Positions 54,664 to 64,000 are shown, numbered from the stretch's first letter. The stretch: DNA of 64,000 bases from an uncultured Gemmatimonadaceae bacterium (GCA_963843845.1 CAWJMB010000002.1:576001-640000); one strand, 5' to 3'. The notes: generated by a model from the letters alone, not told the origin. Translations and numbers: made by a program.

Positions 54664-54755
54664 GTAGTGCTCGGTAGTGCTCGGTAGTGCTCGACAGAAG
54701 GAACGGAAGGCACGGAAGGGAGCACCCGAGCGGTGCTTCCGTGCCTTCCGTTCCT
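54664..54755. repeat. Three tandem GTAGTGCTCG units followed by a 20-bp perfect inverted repeat
   Basis: GTAGTGCTCG x3 at 54664-54693. AGGAACGGAAGGCACGGAAG (54699-54718) pairs with CTTCCGTGCCTTCCGTTCCT (54736-54755). Confidence 0.85.
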
Positions 54756-54758
54756 CGC

Positions 54759-55142
54759 TCACCGTCGTGGACGCGACGGGTCGCGCGCGGCGAGCGCGTC
54801 CAGCCGATCGACGAGCGTGCGAACCATGGCGTCCGGGTGAGCGCCGTCCCGACGCTCGAGCCGGAGCGGATCGGGCGCCGCCTCCACCTCGACGCCGTCC
54901 GCGTAGACGTAGATCCGGACGGCGGGCGGGTCGACCCGTCCGGTGACGTACAGGTCGCCCGGCTCGCCGCCGCGAATCGGCGCCACCGTGCGGTCGACGA
55001 TGCGGTAGCCGGCGTCGTGGAGCGCGGCCTCGAGCCGGTGCTGGAAGTGCGTGAGGCCGTCGGCGCGGCGCGCGCGCTCGGGCGCCCACGCGCGATCATG
55101 GGCGCGGCGGTCGGCGGCGCAGTGCGTGAGTCGGTGCGACAT
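54759..55142 (-). CDS. Hypothetical protein
   Basis: 127-aa ORF with ordinary composition, packed against neighbours. Confidence 0.55.
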   Translation of the reverse strand: MSHRLTHCAADRRAHDRAWAPERARRADGLTHFQHRLEAALHDAGYRIVDRTVAPIRGGEPGDLYVTGRVDPPAVRIYVYADGVEVEAAPDPLRLERRDGAHPDAMVRTLVDRLDALAARDPSRPRR

Positions 55143-55148
55143 GCGGCG

Positions 55149-55625
55149 CTACGGCGTGCGGCGGGACGCGCCGAACACCAGGAGCCCCGGCTCGCCCGGC
55201 GTGACGACGAGTCGCGCCACGAGCACCAGCCCCGCGACCGCGTCTCGCGGCACCAGCGCGATCTGCGGCGCGGTGCCCGACTCGGTGCCGGAGACGAGCC
55301 GCGCGGCGAGGACGCCGACCCGCGCGGAGTCGATGACCGGCCCGCGCGCCGGCGCCAGGTACAGCGGCAGCCGTCCCTGCCCCCGGGCACGCACCACCCG
55401 CTCGATCGGCGCGAGACGCCGGCCGTCACGCGTCACGGCCGCGCCGGCGCCGAGGCGGTCGCCGGCACCGGCCGGCCGCACCGCGGCGCGGCCGGCGGCG
55501 AACACGACGCCGATCGCCCCGGCAGCGACGAGCCCGAGCAGCACCCGGACGCCCGTCCGCTGACCGGCGCGGCGGGGCTCGCGCTCGGTCGTCGGCAGGT
55601 CTGGCTCTCGCACGAGGGGATTCAT
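55149..55625 (-). CDS. Hypothetical membrane-anchored protein
   Basis: One TM segment VLLGLVAAGAIGVVFAAG. Confidence 0.55.
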   Translation of the reverse strand: MNPLVREPDLPTTEREPRRAGQRTGVRVLLGLVAAGAIGVVFAAGRAAVRPAGAGDRLGAGAAVTRDGRRLAPIERVVRARGQGRLPLYLAPARGPVIDSARVGVLAARLVSGTESGTAPQIALVPRDAVAGLVLVARLVVTPGEPGLLVFGASRRTP

Positions 55626-55700
55626 GGACGTCTCAGGCCTGGCATCCGGATCAGCCGCACGACGATCGCCGCCGCTCGGCGGCGTCGCAACCCGACTCCT

Positions 55701-57035
55701 CTACGTCGTCGCAGCCGCGCTCTCGTCACGAGACCGGCCGGCGCGCGCCGCCACGCGCAACGCCAGACCGAGCGCCAGCGCCCCCACGAGCACCAGCACC
55801 TGTCCCAGCGTCACGCCGGCCAGCACCGCGGCGACGAGCACCAGCCCACCTCCCCACGCGACCGGCGCCGCCGGAATCCGCACCCGCGCCGCCGGCGCCG
55901 TCGCCCGGCGCCGCAGCACGGGGAGCGCCGCGCACGTCAGCCCGTACACGATGAGTCGCGCCGCCGTGCTCACCGTGAGCGCTCCGCGGAACGTGCTGTC
56001 CGCCGCGAGCGCCACGTAGCAGCACGTCACGAGCACCACCGCGATCGCCGGCGTGTGGAAGCGCGGGTGGACACGCCCGAGCACGGCCGGCAGGTCGCCG
56101 CCGCTCGCCATCGCGAACACCACGCGCGACGACGCGAGCAGCGCCGTGTGCATCGTCCCCGCGATCGCGACGACGGCGCCGGCGACGACGACCGGCACCG
56201 CCGCGCTCCCGAAGAGCACCCGGCCGGCCTCGGCGAGCGGGCGCTCGGTGGTGCCCAACGACGGAACGGCGCCGACGCACACCACCTGCACGGCGACATA
56301 GATGAACGCGACGATCGAGAGGCCGACGCCGAGCGCGACCGGGATGTCGCGCCGCGGGTCGCGGCTCTCGCCAGCGGCGATGACGACCGTCTCGAAGCCC
56401 GAGAACGCGAAGCAGAGCAGCAGCACCGCGGCGCCGAACGTCGCCGGGGCGGGCGGAGTGCCCAACGCGAGGCGTGACGGAACGACCGCGAACGCGCCGA
56501 CGACGACGAGAACGACGAGCGGGAGGAGCTTGGCGAGGGTGACCGCCGTGTTGACCGACGCGGCGAGCCGCACGCCGCGCACGTGGACGAGCGCGAGCGA
56601 GCCCAGGACGGCGGCGACGAGCGCGACGCGGCCGGCACCGCTGCCGACGGCCGGCGTGTAGGCCGCGACGTACTGCGCGAGCAGTCCGAGCAGCGCCGCC
56701 CCCCCCGCCAGACGTGCGATCAGGAGCAGCCACCCGGTCACGAACCCCGCGAGCGGCCCGAACGCGTCGGTCGCGTAGACGTACGGCCCGCCGGTCGCGT
56801 CGTAGCGGCTCGCGACCTCGACGAAGCAGCAGACGACGAGCGCGATGACGACGGCGCTCGCGACGACGGCGAGCACGCTGTAGGGGCCGACGAGCGCGGC
56901 GACCGTCGCCGGCAGTCCGTAGACCGCGGCGCCGAGCACGCTGTTGATCGTGAGCGCGACGAGGGGGCCGCGCCCGATGCCGCGCGAGAGTCCGTCGGCG
57001 GTCGGCAGCGTCGGCGCGGTCGGCGAAGGCGGCAT
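55701..57035 (-). CDS. APC family amino acid permease
   Basis: INSVLGAAVYGLP, TGGPYVY, FAFSGFE, GESRDPRRDIP, HPRFHTP, about 12 TMs. Confidence 0.92.
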   Translation of the reverse strand: MPPSPTAPTLPTADGLSRGIGRGPLVALTINSVLGAAVYGLPATVAALVGPYSVLAVVASAVVIALVVCCFVEVASRYDATGGPYVYATDAFGPLAGFVTGWLLLIARLAGGAALLGLLAQYVAAYTPAVGSGAGRVALVAAVLGSLALVHVRGVRLAASVNTAVTLAKLLPLVVLVVVGAFAVVPSRLALGTPPAPATFGAAVLLLCFAFSGFETVVIAAGESRDPRRDIPVALGVGLSIVAFIYVAVQVVCVGAVPSLGTTERPLAEAGRVLFGSAAVPVVVAGAVVAIAGTMHTALLASSRVVFAMASGGDLPAVLGRVHPRFHTPAIAVVLVTCCYVALAADSTFRGALTVSTAARLIVYGLTCAALPVLRRRATAPAARVRIPAAPVAWGGGLVLVAAVLAGVTLGQVLVLVGALALGLALRVAARAGRSRDESAAATT

Positions 57036-57122
57036 GGGGGCACAACATAACCCCCGGCGCCGGATGTACTCTTCGCCGTCCGCCGCACCACCCACCAACG
57101 CTCGGCTCTGCAAGCGCACGCG

Positions 57123-59578
57123 ATGCACTCGGTCGTCCTCCACTCGCACTTCTATCAGCCGCCGCGCGACGACCCCTGGTACGAGGAGATCGCGCGCGAG
57201 CCCGAGGCCGAGCCGTACGACGACTGGACGTCGCGCGTCGCGCACGAGAGCTATCGCGGCGTCGTCGCGGCGCGCGTGCTCGATGGGCAGGGGCAGATCC
57301 GGCGCATCATCAACACGCTCGCCTACACGAGCTTCGACGTCGCGCCGACGCTGCTCGCCTGGCTCGAGCGGTGCATGCCGGCCGTCTACGACGCGATCCG
57401 CGCGGCCGACCGCGAGAGCCTGACGCGCACCGGATTCGGCAACGCGATCGCGCACCCGTACGACCACGTCGTGCTCCCGCTGGCGAGCCGGCGCGACAAG
57501 GTGACGACCGTGCGGTGGGGGATCGCCGACTTCGTGCGCCGCTTCGACCGTGAGCCGCTCGGAATGTGGTTGCCCGAGACGGCGGTCGACGACGAGACGC
57601 TCGACGTGCTCGCGGAGCAGGGCATCCGCTTCACGATCCTCGCCCCGCATCAGGTGACGCCCGCGGCCGCCCCCGCGCTCACCGCCGCGGTCGCTGACCG
57701 CGGCGGCGAGGCGCGGCAGCGTCCGCGTCCGCGGCCGTGCCTGCCGCCGCGCCTGCCGCCGGAGACGCGCCGACGCTCGGGGCACCCGGCCGCTATACGA
57801 CGGCGAGCGGCCGCACGATCGCGCTCGTCGCCTACGACGGTGGCGTGTCGCACGCCGTCGCGTTCGGCGGGCTGCTGCGCGATGGGCGGCGACTCGCCGA
57901 CGTGCTGTCGGCACACCGCGCCGGCGACGACGAGGCTGCCGACGGTGCGCTGCTCGCGCTCGCGATCGACGGCGAGACGTACGGACACCATCATCGGTTC
58001 GGCGACATGGCGCTCGCCGCCGCGATCGATCAGCTCGAGCGCCACCCGAACGTTCGTCTCACGAACGTCGCGGCGTATCTCGACACGCACATGTCGGAAC
58101 ACCGTGTCGACATCGTCGCGCCGAGCGCGTGGAGCTGCGGGCACGGGGTGGAGCGGTGGCGGGCGGACTGCGGCTGCTGCGTCGAGCCTGGGATGCACCG
58201 CCGCTGGAAGGCGCCGCTCCGCGAGGCGATCGACGGCGTCGTCGCGGAGGCGCACGCGCTGTTCGAGCGCGAGGGCGCGTCGCTCTTCGGCGACGTCTGG
58301 GACGCGCGCGACCGCTACGAGGACGGCGCCGGCGCGTTCCCGCCGGTCACGGCCGCCGACCCGCCGGCCGCCCCCGACGAGCTCCGCGCCCGCGCCCTGC
58401 TCGAGATGGAGCGCCTCGCCCTCCGCGCGCAGACGTCGGTCGCCTGGTTCTTCGACGACGTCGTGCGCCCCGAGCCGCTGATCGTGCTCCGCGCCGCGGC
58501 GCGGCTCATCGAGCTCGCGGGAACGGTGGACGGCGACGCCGCGCGGCGCATGGAGCACCACTTGCTCGAACGTCTCGCCCGCGCCCACTCGAACGACGCG
58601 ACCATTCGCTCGGCGCGCGACTTCTACCTGCGCGACGCGCGGCCGACGCGCCCGCCGGCGGTGCGGATCGCGGCAGGGTTCGCGGCGGCGCGGCGCTTCG
58701 CGAGCGTCGGCCCGGCGACCGAGGGTCCGGGGACCGAGGGCACCGCCGCCGCCGGGGCGACCGCCGCGCTGGAGGCGGGGATCCCGGCTGGCACTCCCGA
58801 CGGCGCGCTCCCCGCGGGGTGGTCCGCCGCCGTCGATCGCCACACCGTGCGCCTCGTCGAGCGGCGGACGGCGCGTGCGTACACGTTCGACGTGCTCGTC
58901 GACGTTCCGGGGCCGCTGGCGGCGCCGTCCGCCGACCGCAGCGGGGCCGGCCAGATCGAGGTCGCGGCCCTCGGCGTCGAGCACCCGGAGCGCGGGCCGG
59001 CGGTGCGGCTGGCCGACGTCGATCCGCGCGCGATCACGGTGCTCGTGCGCTCGCTCTCCGACGCCGCGCGCGACCGCGCCCCCGAGTCGGCGCCGCTCGG
59101 CATCGCGCTCAAGCTCGCCGACCTCACGGACCGCGCGCAACGAACGATCGAGCGCGCGGTGCGCCGGGCCGTCGTGCACCGCCTGCTCGACGCCGACGAG
59201 CGCGAGCGCCTCGCGGCCGGCGAGACCGAGCTCGGTCCGCTCGTCTCGGCCGCGCTCCGGCGCGCCGTGCGGGCGCTCGCGACCGACCTGTCGCAGCCGG
59301 CGATCGCCCGCGTGCTCGGCCTGATCGACCTGCGCGCCTCGCTCCGCGGCGTCGCGCCCTTCGACGCCCAGACGCTGTTCCACGAGTTGCGCGCCGCCGC
59401 GCCGCCCGACGCCGCGGCACGACTCGCACCGATCGCCCGGCGACTCGGCTTCTCGACGCGCGCGTGGGACACGGCGTGGCGGGAACGGCCGGGGACCGGG
59501 GACCGGGGACCGGGGATCGACAGCGTCATCGCCACGTCGTCGCACGCGGCACCAGACACGGGCAGCGATTTCGCGTAA
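57123..59578 (+). CDS. GH57-family glycoside hydrolase with DUF3536-like C-terminal region (frameshift near 57720-57740)
   Basis: HSHFYQPPRDDPW, GMWLPETAVD, IDGETYGHHH, WSCGHGVERWRADCGC, TSVAWFFDD. Confidence 0.85.
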
Positions 59579-59646
59579 CGTGCGGCCCGAGCTGTGCGGA
59601 ACGAACCGGTCCCCGACTCCCGATCCCCGATCCCCGGCCGTCCAGA

Positions 59647-60873
59647 ATGCCCACCGTCTTCTTCGCCGCGCCGCTGCTCTCCGAGAACGCCTCGAAGATG
59701 CTCCTCGCCGTCGCATCGCTCCCCGGCGTCCGGCTCGGCGTCGTGTCGACCGACCCGCAGGAGCGCGCGCCGGACGACGTGCGGCGCGCGATCACCGCGC
59801 ACTGGCGCGTCGACGACATCCTCGATCCCGGGCAGCTCGCGTGGGGCGTCGAGATGCTCGCGCAGCAGCTCGGGCCACCCGACCGGCTGTTCGGTGCGTA
59901 CGAGCAGCTGCAGGTGCCGCTCGCCGACGTGCGCGAGCGGCTGGGGATCGACGGGCTGAGCGGCGAGTCGGCGCGCAACTTCCGCGACAAGGCGCGCATG
60001 AAGGACGTGCTGCGCGCCGCGGGGGTCCCGGTCGCGCGCCACATGCTCGTCGAGAGCACGGGAGAGGCGGAGGCCTTCGTGCGCGACGTCGGCTTTCCCG
60101 TGGTCATCAAGCCGCCGGCAGGCGCCGGCTCGGTGGCGACGTTCCGCGCCGACGACCCGGACAGCCTGCTCGCCGCCTTCGCGCAGGCGCCGGCGCGTCC
60201 TGGCGAGCCGGCGCTCGTCGAGGAGTTCGTCGTCGGCGACGAGCACTCGCTCGAGACGATCTCGATCGACGGCCGGCAGGTGTGGCACTCGCTCACGCAC
60301 TACTATCCGACGCCGCTCGAAGTCGTGCGGAACCCGTGGATTCAGTGGTGCGTGGTGCTGCCGCGCGAGGTCGACGACGCGCGCTACGACGACGCGCGCG
60401 CCGTCGGTGACCGCGCCCTGCAGGCGTTGGGCATGACGACCGGACTCACCCACATGGAGTGGTTCCGTCGCCGCGACGGAAGCGTCGCCGTGAGCGAGAT
60501 CGCGGCGCGTCCGCCCGGCGCGCAGATCACGACGCTCGTCTCGCGCGCGACCGACAGCGACTTCGTGCGGAGCTGGGCCGAGGTGATGGTGTTCGGCACC
60601 TTCACGCCGCCGGAGCGGAAGTACGCGACCGGCATCGCGTTCCTCCGTGCCCAGGGCCCCGCGACCGGCCGCATCCGCGCGATTCACGGCCTCGACCGCA
60701 TCCGCGCGGACGTCCGCGGCCTCGTCGTCGATCACTCGCTCCCGTCGGTGGGCGCCGAGGCCAAGCCGACGTACGAGGGGGACGGGTGGATTCTCGTGCG
60801 CCACGCGGAGACGCAGGTCGTCGTCGAGGCGCTGCGCGACGTGATTTCGAACGTGCGGGTCGAGCTGGCTTAA
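59647..60873 (+). CDS. ATP-grasp domain protein (putative amide/peptide ligase)
   Basis: FRDKARMK, PVVIKPPAGAGS, LVEEFVVG, HMEWF, EIAARPPG. Confidence 0.88.
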   Translation: MPTVFFAAPLLSENASKMLLAVASLPGVRLGVVSTDPQERAPDDVRRAITAHWRVDDILDPGQLAWGVEMLAQQLGPPDRLFGAYEQLQVPLADVRERLGIDGLSGESARNFRDKARMKDVLRAAGVPVARHMLVESTGEAEAFVRDVGFPVVIKPPAGAGSVATFRADDPDSLLAAFAQAPARPGEPALVEEFVVGDEHSLETISIDGRQVWHSLTHYYPTPLEVVRNPWIQWCVVLPREVDDARYDDARAVGDRALQALGMTTGLTHMEWFRRRDGSVAVSEIAARPPGAQITTLVSRATDSDFVRSWAEVMVFGTFTPPERKYATGIAFLRAQGPATGRIRAIHGLDRIRADVRGLVVDHSLPSVGAEAKPTYEGDGWILVRHAETQVVVEALRDVISNVRVELA

Positions 60874-60875
60874 CC

Positions 60876-60945
60876 GCCGGGGATCGGGATTCGGGGATCG
60901 GGGATCGGGTGACTGCCCGAGCGACCCCGATCCCCGATCCCCGGC
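60876..60945. repeat. GGGGATC-heptamer inverted-repeat element (type example of a dispersed family)
   Basis: (GGGGATC)-like x3-4, spacer, (GATCCCC)-like x3. Related copies at about 6995-7090, 29993-30056, 33913-34005, 48705-48795 and 59490-59640. Confidence 0.85.
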
Positions 60946-60963
60946 TTCACCGAGGAATCTCGA

Positions 60964-62194
60964 ATGAACGTCCTCATGATCGCCCCGGGCTACCCGGCCG
61001 AGATGCCGCACTTCGTTCGCGGGCTGTCGCGTGCGGGCGCGAAGGTGTACGGGCTCAGCGACGTGCCGGAGCGCGAGCTGCCGGAGTTGGCGCGGCGGCA
61101 TCTGAGCGGGTACCTGCAGACCGGCCTCGCTCGCGGACGAAGCGGCGGTCGTGCGGCAGGTGCAGGAGGCGACACGCGGCAACAACCGGATCGACCGCGT
61201 CATCTGCATGTGGGAGCCGGGCGTCGATCCTCGCCGCGAAGCTGCGCGAAGCGCTGGGCGTGCCCGGGATGCCGGTGCGCGCAGGCGGAGCTGTTCCGCG
61301 ACAAGGACCTCATGAAGCAGGCGGTCGGCGCAGGCCGGCATCCGCGTGCCGCGTCACGTGCGCGCGACGACGAACGACGAGGTGCGGGCCGCGGTCGAGC
61401 AGGTCGGCTACCCCGCGATCATCAAGCCGATCGCCGGCGCCGGGTCGATGGACACGTTCCGCGTCGACGACGAGCGGGAGCTCGCGACGGCGTTGTCGAA
61501 GCTCGGGCACATCGACGAGGTGAACGTCGAGGAGTTCATCGACGGCGAGGAGTACACCTACGACACGATCTGCGTCGACGGCGAGATCCAGTACTTCAAC
61601 ATCGGCTTCTACCGCCCGCGGCCGCTTGACGGCGCGGCAGGAACGAGTGGATCAGTCCGCAGACGTTGACGCTGCGCGACGTGACGGCGAGCGCGTCGCC
61701 GGCGGCGTGGCCATGGGCGCAGGCCGTGCTCGAGGCGCTGGACTTCCAGACCGGCTTCACGCACATGGAGTGGTACCTGAAGCCGGACGGCGAGGTCGTG
61801 TTCGGCGAGATCGCGGCGCGCCCGCCGGGCGCGCAGCACGGTCGACCTCATGAACTACGGCTCGCGACATCGACCTGCTTCACCGGCTACGGCGAGGCCG
61901 AGGTGTATGGGCACGTTGTCGCAGCCGATCGAGCGCAAGTACAACGTCGTGAACATCTTCAAGCGGGCGCAGGGGCAGGGGCGCATCCAGCGCATCGAGG
62001 GGCTCGACCGCATCCTGACCGACTTCGGCGACTCGATCGTCAACGTCGACCTGCTGCCGGTCGGCGCGCCGCGCCGCGACTGGATCCTCACGCTCCTCTC
62101 CGACGGCTACGTCACGCTCCGCCACCCGGATCTCGACACGGCGCAGCGCATGGCCGACGTCGTCGGCACGGACCTGCAGCTCTACGCCGGGTGA
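60964..62194 (+). CDS. Second ATP-grasp domain protein (frameshifted)
   Basis: FRDKDLMK, PAIIKPIAGAGS, VEEFIDGEE, HMEWY, GEIAARPPG. Confidence 0.85.
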
Positions 62195-63084
62195 CGTCGT
62201 ACGCCGTGTCGCATCACGTGTCGCATGACGTGTCGCACGACGTGTCGCACGACGTGTCGCACGACGTGTCGCACGCCGCCCGTCCGTTCGCCCGCCGCCA
62301 GCGTGCCGACGTCCCGAAGCGCTGGCGGCGCACGCCGCCGGGCAGTCTCTACGTCTTTCACGACGTGTTCAGCCCGCAGCTGTTCAACACGCGCGACGTC
62401 TACGTCTACCTGCCCCCGTCGTACGGGCGCGGCGACCACCGCTTTCCGGTGCTCTACCTGCAGGACGGGCAGAATCTGTTCGATCCCGCGTGGAGCTTCG
62501 CCGGCTCGTGGCGCGTCGACCTCGCCATGACTGCCGCCGCGCGACTCGGCTTCGAGGCGATCGTGGTCGGGGTCGCGAACACGGAGGCGCGACTCGACGA
62601 GTACGGGCCGTTCCTGGAGCCCGAGTTGGGCGCGGGCGGCGTGGCGGACCTCTACCTCGATTTCCTGCTCGACACGGTGAAACCGCTCGTCGACGATCAG
62701 TTCCGCACGCTTCCCGAGCCGGAGCAGACCGGCGTCGGCGGGTCGTCGATGGGCGGCCTGCTCGCGCTCTACGCATTCTTCCGCGCGCCGCACGCGTTCG
62801 GCGTCGCCGCGGCGCTGAGCCCGGCGCTCTGGTTCGGGCAGCGGCAGATCTTCGATTTCGTGCGCCGCGCGTCGACGCCGCGCGGCGGGCGGCTCTACCT
62901 CGACATCGGCACGCGCGAGCCGGGGCGCGCGCTCTCCGACGCACGGCGGATGCACGAAGTGCTGCTCGCGAAGGGGTACGTGGAGGGCGACGATCTGCGC
63001 TACGTCGAGGAGCCCGCGCAGCACCGCGAATCGGCGTGGCGGCGGCGGTTCAAGAAAGCAGTGCCCTACTTACTGTCGGCCTGA
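62191..63084 (+). CDS. Alpha/beta-hydrolase esterase
   Basis: VYLPPSY, PVLYLQDGQNLFD, GGSSMGG nucleophile elbow, H-RESAW. Start uncertain. Confidence 0.88.
   Translation: MTSYAVSHHVSHDVSHDVSHDVSHDVSHAARPFARRQRADVPKRWRRTPPGSLYVFHDVFSPQLFNTRDVYVYLPPSYGRGDHRFPVLYLQDGQNLFDPAWSFAGSWRVDLAMTAAARLGFEAIVVGVANTEARLDEYGPFLEPELGAGGVADLYLDFLLDTVKPLVDDQFRTLPEPEQTGVGGSSMGGLLALYAFFRAPHAFGVAAALSPALWFGQRQIFDFVRRASTPRGGRLYLDIGTREPGRALSDARRMHEVLLAKGYVEGDDLRYVEEPAQHRESAWRRRFKKAVPYLLSA
62206..62274 (+). repeat. 12-bp tandem repeat GTGTCGCACGAC (about 6 units), encoding (VSHD)n
   Basis: gtgtcgcatcac gtgtcgcatgac gtgtcgcacgac x3 gtgtcgcac. Confidence 0.9.
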
Positions 63085-63112
63085 CACGAAACACGGAACG
63101 GGTGAATCTCGC

Positions 63113-63829
63113 ATGCACCACGAACACCACCGCTGGCACAGCCCGTCGCTGAACCGCGACATGGAGCTCCAGGTCTTCGGCCACGCGGGCGCGAAGCTGC
63201 TGGTCTTCCCGACGTCGTTAGGCACGCACCGCGAGTGGCCGGACCGGCGCATGCACCTCGTGCTCCGCGACCACATCGAGAACGGGTGGGTGCAGCTGTA
63301 CACGCTCGACCAGGTGCACGACGAGAGCTGGTACGACCGGAACCGGCACCCCGGCGCGCGCGCCTGGCGGCAGCTGCAGTACGACGAGTACGTCTACCGC
63401 GAGGTCGTCCCGCTGACCTACGCGAAGAACCCGACCGACTTCATCGTCGCCGCCGGCGCGAGCTTCGGCGCCTACCACGCGATGACGTTCGGGCTGCGTC
63501 ACCCCGACGTCGTGCGCCGCATCATCGGGATGAGCGGGCGCTACGACATCACGAACATGACCGAGGGCTACGTCGACGGGAACGTGCACAGCGTGAACCC
63601 GCCGGCGTTCGTGCAGCACGCGACGGAGGCGCAGGTCGCGGCGTGGCGGCGGCAGGACATCGTGATGGCGATCGGCGACGGCGACCCGGCGCTCGGCGAC
63701 AACCGCGCGTTCTCGGGGATTCTGTGGGGGCGCGGTGTCGGGAACGCGCTTCGCGAGTGGCAGGGCTTCGCGCACGACTGGCCCTGGTGGGAGCGCATGA
63801 TTCGCCTCTACCTTCGTGGACATGACTAA
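63113..63829 (+). CDS. Second alpha/beta-hydrolase esterase family protein
   Basis: WHSPSLNRDMEL..FGHAG..LLVFPTS, GASFGAYHA, HDWPWW. Confidence 0.88.
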   Translation: MHHEHHRWHSPSLNRDMELQVFGHAGAKLLVFPTSLGTHREWPDRRMHLVLRDHIENGWVQLYTLDQVHDESWYDRNRHPGARAWRQLQYDEYVYREVVPLTYAKNPTDFIVAAGASFGAYHAMTFGLRHPDVVRRIIGMSGRYDITNMTEGYVDGNVHSVNPPAFVQHATEAQVAAWRRQDIVMAIGDGDPALGDNRAFSGILWGRGVGNALREWQGFAHDWPWWERMIRLYLRGHD

Positions 63830-64000
63830 GAAGAAAGACAGGGCCGAGACGCCGACCGCCGGCGACAAGCCGGCGAAGGCCGAGAAGGGCGCGAAAGGCG
63901 GCCTCCGCGCCAAGAAGGGGATGCCGACCGACGCGGCGCTCGCGCCGCGGCCGACGCTCCCCCCCCCGCCGCGCCCGAAGTCGTGCCTCCGGACGACCGA
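63822..64000 (+). CDS. Start of next operon gene (partial, Lys/Pro-rich N-terminus)
   Basis: ATG overlaps the previous stop by 8 nt. MTKKKDRAETPTAGDKPAKAEK stays open to the window end. Confidence 0.5.
   Translation, partial: MTKKKDRAETPTAGDKPAKAEKGAKGGLRAKKGMPTDAALAPRPTLPPPPRPKSCLRTT

Noticed and set aside
62206..62274. Tandem repeats here and at 22150-22320 and 54664-54693 as possible CRISPR arrays
   Set aside because: Units are 10-15 bp and contiguous, with no unique spacers and no cas genes.

Overview
Very GC-rich bacterial chromosomal segment. Its gene content and style resemble Gemmatimonadota (Gemmatirosa/Gemmatimonas-like): STK-ECF pairs, a duplicated orphan ABC permease, a PEP-CTERM protein and futalosine-pathway mqnD. 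This taxonomy is inference only. About 50 genes can be read. Many are split by single-base frameshifts clustered in patches (about 1.7-7.7 kb, 33.7-38.5 kb and 61.1-61.9 kb), most likely long-read or low-coverage assembly errors. Content: two Ser/Thr kinase-TPR proteins (one paired with an ECF sigma factor), SPFH, diheme cytochrome c, S41 protease/TolB-like/EamA genes, an orphan plasmid-type replication initiator, cardiolipin synthase, an NtrB/NtrC-like system, a bipolar acidic/histone-H1-like protein, an RND pump, HK/HD-GYP, mqnD, glutamine synthetases I and III, a decayed AbrB-Doc TA pair, an ECF/anti-sigma/vWA operon, AlaX, an orphan MqsA-like regulator and glgA. The window ends in a GH57 + two ATP-grasp + two esterase cluster. 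No rRNA, tRNA, CRISPR array or transposase was recognised. Best leads: the glycogen-linked ATP-grasp/esterase cluster, the orphan Rep with a QLALF clamp motif, a dispersed GGGGATC heptamer hairpin family that also enters coding regions, and a recurrent (C)GTTAGGC motif that accounts for nearly all TTA codons seen.
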